Below are positions 27,101-39,106 of a DNA stretch of 64,000 bases, piece after piece. The notes under the pieces were generated by a model. That model worked only from the letters and a program-made list of their open reading frames with translations. It had not been told where the DNA came from and did no database searches. Position 1 is the first letter of the stretch. Each line of letters opens with the position of its first letter. This DNA is from Nemertoderma westbladi (taxonomy: Eukaryota > Animalia > Xenacoelomorpha): assembly GCA_032718475.1 (NCBI GenBank), contig JAUCBJ010003734.1, positions 103,692 through 167,691 of the forward strand, written 5' to 3'. The position numbers and the translations under genes were made by a program.

Positions 27101-27776
27101 CAGCGTGCGTGCGTTCATTGTAGCAATCTTTAGTGTCTTTTTACATTTCAACAGGTTGGTTCTTCTTTCTTCTCTGTCTTCTGTTCCAGTAGCCAATTTA
27201 TCGACCCCAGCCTGGTGTACCACTGAGGGACGCAGTCCTTGTTGACCCGGGCGACGACCGAGCCGGTATTTCTCCTGGAGGGTTCTCATACTCATATCTT
27301 TCAGTTGCGGGAGTAAACCGCTTGTGGTCGCAACTCCTACAAGCGTCTTCGCAGTAGGTCGCCGTTGGTTGATTACCTTCCGCCGACCTTGTCAGCATGT
27401 CTAGCCGTTGGTTGATTACCTTCCGCCTATCCATGGCCTACAGCCCTGCTGCCGACTGTAGGGGTCCATTTGTTACACTCTGAACCAAGTGTGCCTCCTG
27501 GGTTAGGTTACCTAACACAGGTAGAGGAGCATCCAGTATAGACAGGGCGGGGCTTGTATCATCTCTAATGCAGATGCGTATCAAGCCTTTGCCTTCAATG
27601 GTGCCCTAGGCGCTATAGCCCTCAATGACTTATTTAGTTGACGGGGCTGAACCAACCCACTCTTGATCAACTAAATAATGAATAGGCTATGCTTATCGGG
27701 CCTGCCCTACTGGGCTGACAGCTACAGGTAGTACCACATTACTGCCATAGTGGTAGCAGGATCTGGGGACCTGACC
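24146..27776 (-). mobile_element. RTE-clade LINE family 1, full-length copy with broken ORF, inserted in the BEL2 3' LTR
   Basis: APE (IATMNARTL, CIQEH, GDLNA, LDYI, SDH) and RT (DFKKAFD, QGD, FADD); (TAG)n tail; empty site gtgataaccgaagg present in the other LTR at about 35260. Confidence 0.95.
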
Positions 27777-27983
27777 TAACCGAAGGCAAACCAGCCCTTT
27801 ATATACTAAATCTGGAACATAGAATCCGCTAGAACCTTCCAGAGTATTCCATGGCCTCACATTGGAGCAATAAGATGTTCTATGCCCTATGATTGGCCCA
27901 ACTCATCGTTCCATGTGTTGTACGCACCTCATTGGTTTATCAAATTGTACCAAATGAAAATAAATTGCCCCAAAATGCAAATT

Positions 27984-28054
27984 TCCCGACTGGGATTCGA
28001 ACTCGTAACCTATCTGTAATGCAACCAACGCCTTACCATCTGACCACTACGCCA
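27984..28054 (-). promoter_or_regulatory. tRNA-like Pol III A/B-box module inside the BEL2 LTR (second copy about 35471-35542)
   Basis: Minus strand TGGCGTAGTGGTCAGATGGT...GAGTTCGAATCCC; no intact cloverleaf. Confidence 0.55.
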
Positions 28055-28597
28055 TGAGATTAACTACGGGTTTTATGTGTACTAATATGAATAGGCATAT
28101 TACATTACTGTAACATAATCAAAATGCATCGGATTTTCGAAAGTTTTTTACGTTATACTACAAATGCTATCCTATAGTGAAATAATTCATCACCGCTCCA
28201 TGAAAACAGTAAGTAAGACTGTTTTCACCAATCGAAATACAAACTATTTACAAATACTTCTAAATCTACTGGTGGGGCCTAAAATATAAAATAATCACTA
28301 TCTAATTATTACATACTTAATATTGCAGGTACGGCGTAAATACAATCCATCATACATACAAATACAAATTTACCAATCAACTTTAGTGCATAAAATACAA
28401 AAAAAGAGGGCTTTCGGTTATCAAGATAAGCAAATTAAACAAATCAGAACAAACAAATCAGAACAAATCGAACAAATAATTACAAAGCTTTCAATAATCT
28501 TTCATATATTACAAATATACATAATAAATTCACCAAATTAAATCACTTCAAATATAAAACAAACATAATGCGCTAATAATTTCCAAATAAGTCTTAA

Positions 28598-30555
28598 CCC
28601 ACGGGCGCCGATGGGATTTGAGCCACACGGAGTACCATTGGGGTCACATTAGACCCCAGTACTAAAATAGTAGTTTCTAGTGGACCTGAATGGAAATATG
28701 TAGTAATAATGGACCGAATCTTTATTGGAGCCACCAAACTAAGTAATTTTAGCCCAGACCTGTAAATTTTCAACTTGTCTGACTTTTATATCAAATAAAA
28801 TTTAATATATTGAATTTTTTGGAAATTTTCACTTAAAATCCGGAATCCGCTCTTTTAATTTACAAAATAACAACTAATAGACACATAATATCCACTAATA
28901 GAAATAATGATACTACTAATATAACCTAACTAACTATAACCTAATATAATCTAACTACTAATAGAAACAACAACACGAAACAATAACAATAAAAAATTGT
29001 AAATCCCGCAACAAATTATCCACAACATCCGCAACAAATAATTGCCAAGTGTTCCTTACACATAAACTTATTGCACTTAGCACAAACATTGCTTATCTTT
29101 GCGTCTTTAGTACGGGGACAATAATCGCAACGCTTTCTCTTAGTAGACCCTCGATTCAGTACTACTGGATGGGTATTATAGGACGCGTTTCTGTTGGTTT
29201 CAGAAATAATAGCTACATAACTGCTAGGAATTCTGCTGTACACAGTTCTAACAGATACCGCTTCTTTCATTAGTTGTTCTGAGAGAGATAAAAGAAAATG
29301 TCTTCTTTCTTTGAAAGTAGAACGACGTTGTGTAGATGGGAATTTAATTCGAAAAACAATAAAGGCAGCTATAGCTGCAACGTCTGTTATGGTGTAAAAT
29401 AATTTTACTGGCCAACGTCTCGTTGCCCTTCTAACGGTTGCCATGGTGACCATTTTATCCATAACATCAACACCGCCCTTGAGATGGTTGTAATCTAATA
29501 TTATCCGCAGCTGATTCAATGAGGTTTTGCCGAACATGCCTGGGTAGACCTCTGGAAGTTCGGACAATATTAATGTTCCGGACTTTTCCTGGTGTATGAG
29601 GAGTTTTTGACCACGTAATTTTCCTGTCTTTGGAAACATAATTTGAGTTCTTCTTCTTTGGATTAGCCTCAGTTGGAGCAGCAACTTTACTACTATCTGT
29701 ATCACTAGTCAGAGTCATGACTTCTTCGTCGTCTTCGCTGCAAACTTCCTCGTCTTCGCTACAAACTTCCTCGTCTTCGCTGCAAACTTCCTCGTCTTCG
29801 CTGCAAACTTCTTCGGTAGAGATATCAGACCCGTTATCACTAGCCTCTACATCATCTTCACATTGATCAGGAATGACTCCCTCCAAAAATCGAGGATCAT
29901 AGAACAAATCGAACCGTTTCATCCGATCTCTGCGGGGATAAGTTTTCCTTTCTCCACCATTACGTGATGGTGGGGTACCGCTTGTACCAGTGGTACTGGT
30001 ACAGGAACTCATCATTTCCAGATTTCTGTATTACAGTACTGTATTGTACACAATGTACAACAGTAGGCCTACTGCATAGAGTATTTATACAGTAGGTTTA
30101 TTTATAGGAATACGTAGTGGAACTAAAACGATGATCTAAAATTTACTATGCACTTGAGAGTTAGAGAGACATATCCTTACATTACAGGTAATTGCCAAGA
30201 GAGCGTAGCCTTATGCTCGCTCCCGGTGTTTCAATGTCACATTCCCTGGTCTCTTTTACTTATCATGAATGTAAACTGAAATTAAATTCCACTTAGGTGT
30301 TTCTTTTCGAGATTAAATGCATAAAAAACCATTGGGGTCGTATTGACCCCAATGGTCATTGGCGTGGCCAAGGTAATTAAATTCAAATTAAAAGCGTAAA
30401 TTAAATTTTTGGTGTGCGAAGTTATATGGGTCGTGTAGAGCACACAAAAATTGAGGAATTCATGGAATTTCAGCTCTTGAACATTAATTAGACTGAAATG
30501 ACAACACTTTCAATGTGTCCTTGGGGTCTTAAAAGACCCCATGGGAGTCCTTGGG
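28598..30555 (-). mobile_element. piggyBac transposon, internally deleted
   Basis: TTAA TSDs (28594-28597, 30556-30559); CCC...GGG imperfect 18-bp TIRs; GGGGTC..GACCCC subterminal palindromes; DYNHLKGGVDVMDKM, TRRWP and C-terminal Cys-rich domain. Confidence 0.93.
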
Positions 30556-30917
30556 TTAAAGTGTCCTCCTGACGAGCTCAATAGTTCGTCCTACTGGTCT
30601 AGATATCTTCTCCTTAGCACTAATTGCTAACGGTAGGCTCGCAAGCCTTCCTTCTCTATCTCGCTCCTCCAAAACCAACATCCAAACGTAACGTCCAATA
30701 CAATACCAAATATAATATTCAAATATAAATACCCAAATATAATATCCAAATATAATATCCAAATATAATATCCAATCGGTAGGCTCGCAAGCCTTCCTTC
30801 CTTCATCTCACTCTCCTAATCCTTGGTCGAACGGGCTCGTCCACGTCCTCTAATACGATTGGGTGGTGGTCGGGATCGAACTGGACTCGGACTTCGGTGT
30901 CGAGCTGTCGGTGGTTC

Positions 30918-31354
30918 CTACGTCAAGTTGCCTGCGGTTCTAGAATACCGGGAAATGAAACGACCGCCTTCTTGGTAAAGCAGACTTTGGTGGTTTGGGC
31001 AACGCGCTAATATCGGCTCGGGGTTCTCCGGGTTCAAGCGCATAGGAATCGCGTTGTCTTGCTCACGCATACATCCTCCACATTTATAGAACAGTTTATA
31101 AATGGAGAACGTGTCCTTGGTTTCCGGATCCGCTCCTCGAGCGCGTCTATAAAGATCATATCTCTGTGTCTCGGGTCCTCGCAAACGTCGCTGGTGTCGC
31201 ATAACGCATCGTAGGGGTACAACGCTTTGAACTCCGCGCGTAACTCCTCCTCTCTTTTGTTATAAGCGTCCAATCGCTGTCGCGTGATGTTTGTATCCGC
31301 CTTGGACTTAGCGAGCTTGGCTGTACTCCTAGCCATACTCTCCACTTCAAACAT
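30918..31354 (-). pseudogene. Putative frameshifted accessory ORF of BEL2 (coiled-coil-like plus Cys/His cluster)
   Basis: Overlapping ORFs 31034-31354 and 30918-31202, sense to pol; C-x5-C-x4-H, CGGC, CPNH. Confidence 0.45.
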
Positions 31355-32133
31355 GTTAAAGTTTTGGCTCCATAACGATTAAACGGTGCCTGGTGCTCCT
31401 GTTCCTGCATGAATCCCTGTATATGTAGTGTTTCTACTAGAGGAAGCACAAACAGAGGTTAGATGTGAGGAGACTTAGAGTTTTGTCGGCTTTTGGCTCA
31501 ACTTTGCTCTAAAACCCCAACCCATTTGCCTAATGACTTCGGGTTCGCGTGATTTTGCACTGGCTCCTGATCCAAAAAATTGTGCCGATAAAAAACGAAT
31601 TCCGGGTAAACTAGCCGCGAGTCTAAAATACTCACCTTTAATTTCCCAAACTACATTCCCAAAGAAATAATGCAGTCGAGAATTAATTCGGTGTAAATAA
31701 TAGTAGACACGACTACGTAGAACAAGGCCGGTTTTCTTTTCCAAAAAAAAATTTATCGGTAGGCTCGCAAGCCTTCCATCCGCTCTTGTCCTCCCCAATT
31801 TTAATTTTATCTAGCTGTATTCTAGAATTCGCATTCACTGGAGAATCATTTTTCTTAAATTTAAATCCAACTGAATGGATTTGTCTAATAATTTTTGAAA
31901 AATTGTCTCACTTGTGGGTTCCAAGTGGAATTCCATTCCTACTGTACACACAATCCCGCTCCTATGTGATACATAAGGGTACTACCCTCCATGTTCACAT
32001 ATAAAGACAATGGAATTCCACCGCTGTCTCTATCTACAGTGAAGAGGATTACAAATGCACATACAGTAATACAAAATACTAAATTACTAAAATACGGTAA
32101 GTCTGTGTGGCGGCCAACAAAGGTCCCACATCT

Positions 32134-34890
32134 CTATTTATTAATATTGGGTGGAGATTTATAGTCTCCTGTCTCGTTTCTAGTCTCCTCAAGGAGCACG
32201 AGACGTTGTACAGGTCTGTCTACGGTACGTCCGTTGATAGTCCTTACAGTAACTGTCCTTACTACACCAGATGTAGGGTGCGTGGTCAAAATGACTCCAG
32301 TCATCCAAAACCGTCTTTTCAGATTGGCTTCAGCCAATAAAACGTGGTCACCTCGTCTCAAACATCGGGTATTAAGATACCAAGAGGTTCTGGTTGAAAT
32401 AGAGGTTGAATAATATTTCTGCCATATTTCCCAGAATTTATTTGCAAGCAGTTGAGTGATTTTCCAAGCTTTGTTGCCGTATCCGTCGCTATTAACGGGT
32501 ACCGAAATGGGCAACAATGTCGTCGGCGCCTGCATAAGCAGGTGCGCTGGTGTCAAGGCAAACTGTGCGTCGTTATTGTCTGGGATCAAAGCGATTGGTC
32601 TAGTGTTCAAAATCGCTTCGATTTCTATTAGTAACGTCGTCAGTTGGTCGTCTGTCAAAATGTGTTGCGTCGGTATTACTTTAGCCATAGCTGTTTTTAT
32701 TGAGCCAATCAGCCTTTCCCAAACACCGCCTCTCCACGGACTGTCCGGAGTATTAAAATTCCAAACAATTCGGTGAGGACGTAGTTCCTCGGAAATCTGG
32801 TTTTGGTCCAACTTTCTTAAAGCTCTGGTTATTTTGTTCCGTGCACCCACAAAGTTTGTCCCTTGGTCACAATAAATGGATTTGACCAATCCACGTCTAG
32901 CGATAAATCGCTGTAAGGCTAGGATAAAGGCATTGGTGGTCAAATCTGTCACACGCTCAATATGGACAGCTCTGCTGGCCATGCAAGTGAAGATCAATCC
33001 CCAACGTTTTACCTGTACCCTTCCGCGTTTCGCGATTATGGGTCCAAAACAGTCTATCCCCGTCTCAGTGAAAGGGGGTCTAAATGCCTGTAATTTTGCT
33101 AATGGTAGTTCACTCATTTCTTGGTGTCCTATCCTCGCGTGCACCTTCTTACAAATCATACTAACGAACTTAGTGCCTTGCTAGGTCTAATCAGTACAAA
33201 CCTCGATCGTAAGTGTGATAGACAGTGATGTCTACCCACGTGTTTGAGTTGTACATGTGCATCCAGTATCATAGCGCGCTGTAACTCATGGTGTTGCGGT
33301 ATGATAATAGGATACCTAAAGTCAAGTGCAAAGTCGATGTTCTGGAGTCTGGACTTGTGACAAAGTAAGCCCCGGTAAATAATCGGACTCCAACTCAAAA
33401 TCGGTGAAGACTTGATCTGTTTACCTTGGTTGATCGCTGTGAACTCTCGTGCGAAATATCGCAATTGATAATGTCTAATGATATCAACTTCACAATGACC
33501 AACTTCCTTTAAGGTAAGTCTTCTAGGAAAGTCGCGTTTGCCTCTGGCATATTGTCTCAAACGTTTGAGCCATGCTAACTTGCGGCACGCGTCAGTCCAT
33601 GATCTAGTTAGGTTTACTATCCTGTCAACTTAAGTGTTAGTGACGTCATCAGGTGAGGTATAGTCGTAATGTGGATACTTGTTGGGACTTGGTAGACCCG
33701 CGGGCCTTCCGGTAGGTTTGTCTGAGTCCCCAAGTATGTCAATCTCCATGGTCTTACCTTTGCCGTCCGCTTCTAGTGAGTCGACTGGCAGTAACGGTTT
33801 CAACTCTACAGTCTTAGTGTGTTCCTGTGAGCCTGTAAGCTTCCTAACCTTAGTCACACGTTTACCTGTAGGTGGTAAGTCAAGTACCTTCTTTGAGCGG
33901 AGTGTGATCGCTGTGGCCACACCTTTGTCGTCCAAAGAAGTAAAATTTGGTAAGTTTCTAAATGTCCGCTCCAATGGGTCTTCTACTGGAGTGTCTAGTA
34001 GACAGTCTGGTGAAGCATCCGGTGAACAGTCGGGTGAGACGTCTGGTGAGACATAGCGCAGAACTTCCGGCGAAATGTCCTGTTGTCGGTCCCAAAGAAA
34101 GTCTGGCGTAACTTCTGTCAGAAAGTCTGGTCTAAAGTCTGGTCCAAAGTCTGGTGGACAGTCTGTCGAGATGTCTGGTGGAAAGTCTGGTGAGATGTCC
34201 GGTAGACATTCTGTCGAGAGTTCCATAAAACAATCTGGCGAACAATCCGGAGAACAATCTGGTGTCGCTTCTGGTGAATAATCTGGCGAGTAATCTGGTG
34301 AACAATCCGGCGAAACGTCTGGTGAAATCTCCCACGGAACATCCGGCGAAAGATTCGTACAAGCGTCTGGCGAGATGGTCGACTCATGGTCGATAAGCAA
34401 GTCCTCTTAGTGAGAGGTCTAGTCTGGTCGTTGGACCTTACACGTACCCTAAAATTGTCGGTGTTAGGGTCCCAACTAAGTCCTAATACTTTGGTCGTCG
34501 GTAGAGGTTCTAGGTCTAAGTCCAAGTCACCTCCACTGCGATCCGTCGGGTCAAATGAGTTCACTAGTTCGGGTTCGTTGGAAGCGAACTTCGTCAAGCG
34601 GAATCCGCCCTCAGCGAGACAATCCTGGAGTTGATGTGCTACGGTCGTAGCGTGCTCCAAAGTGTCACAACTCTTGAGGCCGTCATCCACGTAGAAATCT
34701 CGTTCCACTGTCCGAACTACTTCTGGGTCAATTTGGTCTCATCTGTCTAATGCGGTCTGCTTTAAGGCGTACATGGTGCAGTTGGGGCTGTCCCTGGCTC
34801 CGAAAACTCTTACCTGCATTTGGTAAGTTTCTGGCGGAAGTTCTAAATTTCCGTCCGGATACCAAAGAAACCTCAAGCTGTCCCTGTCCC
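32134..34890 (-). pseudogene. pol: BEL2 pol remnant (partial RT, SPDx-repeat linker, integrase)
   Basis: DSLRFLW, VFGARDSP, FYVDD, TKVLGLSWDP, TKR; GIDCFGP, CDQGTNF, GGVWER. Confidence 0.92.
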
Positions 34891-35684
34891 GCAAAGTCTT
34901 ACGGCAATGCCGAACAAAGTCTTACCTTTCTCATAAAGCGGGCGCTGCATAGCAAGGCGGAGTATTTCGAAGGGCGAAGGGGGTGCGCGGTCTAAGCTAA
35001 TGTGGGCGCTAGCGTGTTGTGGACATCAATTCCCTGCGTTGCTGACGGCCTAACGGTCTAGGCGGCCATCTTCCCAATGCTTGGTTGTCCCAAAGTTGGA
35101 CGTTCAGAAAAGTGCATGTTCAGAAGTTTATAGTATATTTACAGTTTACAAAACTTTATCAAACAGAATTGCCAAATAGTTTCAACAAGAAACATAATAA
35201 ACTAAGTTTTAACGAAGTGATAACTAGTGATAAGTCAAGTTTGAGACAAGTGAAGTAAGTGATAACCGAAGGCAAACCAGCCCTTTATATACTAAATCTG
35301 GGACATAGAATCCGCTAGAACCTTCCAGAGTATTCCATGGCCTCACATTGGAGCAATAAGATGTTCTATGCCCTATGATTGGCCCAACTCATCGTTCCAT
35401 GTGTTGTACGCACCTCATTGGTTTATCAAATTGTACCAAATGAAAATAAATTGCCCCAAAATGCAAATTTCCCGACTGGGATTCGAACTCGTAACCTATC
35501 TGTAATGCAACCAACGCCTTAACCATCTGACCACTACGCCACGAGATTAACTACGGGTTTTATGTGTACTAATATGAATAGGCATATTACATTACTGTAA
35601 CTTAATCAAAATGCGTCGGATTTTCGAAAGTTTTTTACGTTATACTACAAATGCTATCCTATAGTGAAATAATTCATCAAATAT

Positions 35685-35977
35685 CATGACAAGATATACA
35701 AAGCTGAAGAACGGAAATTCTGTGTCGGTGATAAGGTATGGCGGACACATTTACCTCCAACATCTCCAGGCTTGGCGTCTAGTCTAATACCACGATGGGA
35801 TGGACCTTACGTTGTAACAGAACATATAGGTCCAGTTAATGTCTGTATTTCGATACCTGACAGACCCACATGGAATCAAGTGATTCACATCGACCATTTG
35901 AGACTATGCACACACATTATCCAGCATTCTCAATTTCCTCGACCAAGAGGTCGTCCACCTAAGATGAGGGGGGGAAG
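35685..35977 (+). pseudogene. pol: Gypsy integrase C-terminus (GPY/F) and PPT
   Basis: F.VGDKVW, LIPRWDGPY, HIDHLR; PPT gagggggggaag at 35966-35977. Confidence 0.9.
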
Positions 35978-36185
35978 TGTAGTGACTGATTGACCCTTGT
36001 TCACTGATTGACCCTTATGAATATTGTGTAACTCTTAGTTGTGTTATATAGCTATATAGGAAAGCAGTTTACAGGTGACGGTTTAGTTACAGTAACTTGT
36101 TTGATTGTATATGTTGTTCGACATTGATTATTATATGTGGCAGTCTACATAACTGAATTAATTTGTAACGGACGCAATTTACAAT

Positions 36186-38623
36186 ATGGACCCGAATCAC
36201 CAGATTCTTGGCGAATTACGTACAACAATTGATTTATTGGACTATCCACAGCCTGGATCTCCTAGTTTTGATGTGAAATGGAATGCCCTGTTGAACGAGA
36301 ATGTGCGAGTCATTCGTTTCTCCGGGAGGGAGGCCCCGGATACCAGTAACCTGCAGGTGCTCTGGTTGACCGATGGTAGTACGAACCTGAAAAGGACTCG
36401 GAACGCTGAGGCAACTGGAGGAGGAGAGTTGTCGTTCTGGGATACGTTCCGGCAAAGTGTTTACAAATCCCGGTGCGTAATATACGACAACGATGGCGCG
36501 ATGTCAGAGTTTCATCGATGATAAGAGTACATATCTCGCGCATTGGGGAAACCTGGCAAAATGTACAGAGATGCTGCGAGAGGACCGAATGACAGCCATC
36601 CAAAATCGAGATGACTACAAAGAAAAATACAGGACGAAAGAGTACGGTTGGTCACTAATCGTTGTACTCGGAACCTTAGATGGGTTGGGAATAGTGTGTC
36701 AAATCTTTCCAACACCCCAACAGGAAATACGGACAGCCGGGGTGATCTGGTTACTACCATCGGCAATCAAGAAGATCCTGTTCGACTTTGATATAATCAA
36801 AATCGGGTCAGATATAAAAGCGGACCTCCGAAACGACTACATCAACGCTCCATTCGGAAGGAGCCAGAAGGAACCTTAGAGAGGACATCAGCGCGATCAT
36901 CCACTTCATCGACACCCAAACCCTGCTGGCCTGGTTACAGGTCACGGACTTTATGGGAGGGTTTAGAGAGGTGAGATGGACCAAATCCGGTATTGGCTAC
37001 CTAGCGGTACTAAATGGCGCTTTAGATTTTAAACCACAAAAGTTTCCGGACTACAATAAAATCTATGGCGCGCATCCGGATTCAGTGATACATCATGAAT
37101 GGGAAAACCGTTGGAGGGATGTAGAGAGGAAGTGGAGGATCCACCAATGCTTGTATAATCCGGAGCGACGGAACTACATCTATGTAACAATAGAGTCGTA
37201 CACTGTCACTAAGTCTATCTGCAAAACCCTCGATAAGCTATTAGCGCAGTTCCAAACGCTTTCATAGATTACGAATGGAACGAGGTGATCGACCACGCGT
37301 TCAAGTCGGTACAAAATATCCCACCGAGGGATACCAAGACGCTTGAAATAATCGAGGCCTGGGATCTGAATAGACTGTTCGATATCCCAACGATCAACAA
37401 CCTCCTTGGTGCCGAGGAACCTATAGTGTCGTCGGAAGGAGAGGAGCTATGGAAACACGAAAGTGTCCTGTTATACACACCAAAACGCCAACACAAACCG
37501 GAAGTTACTTATGGATCAGCTGCTAAGCGGATTGCCGCGACTGAGCCTGTGACGGACTCAGGCGTAACTACTCCGCTCGGCACCGGTAGTCCAGCGAGAG
37601 AATTGGTTACCACTCTCGCGCTCAGTGACTTCGATCGTACATGCAGGGCGTTATCTCATTACCCGTTCCCTGGAGGAGAGGACTGGTCTACTGAAACTCC
37701 AAGCACCAGTACCCAGCGGACCCGGTCGGAAATCCAAGTGACAAAGGGACCTAGTATACCACCGACTCCCGGGAACCTCCTCGGGATTACTTCGGCGAAT
37801 GTTCCGGCACCCCTTCGCCGACCGGCCATTGCTACCATTCCTACCGTTCCACAGGACCCGATGAGGCTCATCCGATGGTACGCGGAACAGACAGTGGATT
37901 CACTGTCAGAAAAGAGCACCTGAAATGCGTCCAGCATTCTTCGGTTGGGAAATGCAACTCGATGTTTGCAGTAGCTGCGGTTCGGAGCAGTGTCCTCGCG
38001 GTAAGAAACAACGAGTAACCAAACCGTGTTTCCAAATCCTCGGGATAATATATTGTCCGTATTGCGCCACCCCGGGCCACGACGTAGCGGTTTGCCCGAC
38101 ACTTTATAATGTCTGTACGACGTGTGGCTTCCGTGGGCATACGGCGAGCCCTCGGTGCAACATTAAATATCCTACCAAGGATGTTACAGCTACTGGGAAC
38201 ATGGTAATGTTCGAGACGTACGCCAACGTCCACGTAAAGACCAGAGTGTGATTGAGTGCACGAAACGTTGCACAGGAGATGTAGTGCGGGTATTTCTCTT
38301 TCCCCGAATGTCTCCATACGGGAAAGGCTTTACCTTTCCACTATTTGGATCTACTACTTAACGCCAATCTATTCGGTCCATTCGAGGTGATTAGGCATCT
38401 ATATTCGTATACGGAAGCGTTTGGAGATGGAGAATGGTTCCAGGCGGTTCGAGCCACCGAGCTAGAAAGGAGAACGGATCTCATCGTGATACCAGGCAGG
38501 CAGCGGCGCTTCTCACGTCGACCAATGACGCCCCTCTACCCGCATTGGCATTGGACAAAAGTCAACGGGCGAAGAAAAGGAAAGCATATCAAAGCAGGAG
38601 ATGAAAGACCAGGACATTTATAG
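36186..38623 (+). pseudogene. Decayed accessory ORF: DEDDy-type 3'-5' exonuclease-like domain, S/T/P-rich linker, CCHC zinc knuckles
   Basis: VIYDND (ExoI-like), LPSAIKKILFDFDIIKIGSDIKAD (WRN/EXD2-like ExoII), FIDTQTL, KSGIGYLA, HQCLY...D (ExoIII after a 1-nt shift); CPYCATPGHDVAVC and CTTCGFRGHTASPRC. Confidence 0.68.
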
Positions 38624-39106
38624 ACATTTATTCGAACATTTATTTTTATATATACGTAAACTGACTCTAGGACAAATTAATCATAGACTATGCAATAATA
38701 AAAATTGGGTTTTTATATGGGGAAATGACCTTACGCAAACTCGATCTACCGATAGACCTCACGAAGGTCATTTGAGAGGACTGTTCGCGTTATTTTAAGT
38801 TAGCATAACGCGAGTTACATATTTTTCGATTTCTTATTTTATGAATGTGCCAATATCAGTGGTGGGTGCGGGAACACAAAATTTGGGCACATTTGATGAA
38901 CTGGGGGCAATTTACGGGCGAAACTTGGGGGGACTTACGGGACGCGGGATACATCTCAGATATTTAAGGGCAATGGGTGGGGGGTAAAATCAAGCAATAC
39001 TCTCATCTGTCAGGGTTGCCTGATAGTTACTATAGGCCTAGACAACCTCCTTCTACTTCGGTAGTCGGTAACCCACTAGGTCTGGGGACAAGGACTGCCC
39101 TTAGTG

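Larger units (their letters stand above)
22408..35679 (-). mobile_element. BEL/Pao element 2, internally deleted, inserted in the Gypsy integrase
   Basis: TG...CA ends, 5-bp TSD AATAT (22403-22407, 35680-35684); 3' LTR 22408-28192 (about 2.15 kb without the RTE), 5' LTR remnant 34913-35679. Confidence 0.92.
15331..36149 (+). mobile_element. Gypsy/Ty3 LTR retrotransposon, complete outline, with nested insertions
   Basis: 172-bp LTRs: 5' copy split (15331-15351 + 18376-18526), 3' copy 35978-36149, one substitution apart; TG...CA; 4-bp TSD TAAC; PBS, PPT, gag-pol. Confidence 0.95.

Noticed and set aside
27545-27590. Twister-like ACAAGCCC in the RTE1 5' UTR
   Set aside because: It is one arm of a simple hairpin (GGCUUG/CAAGCC); twister P4 and other core elements are missing.
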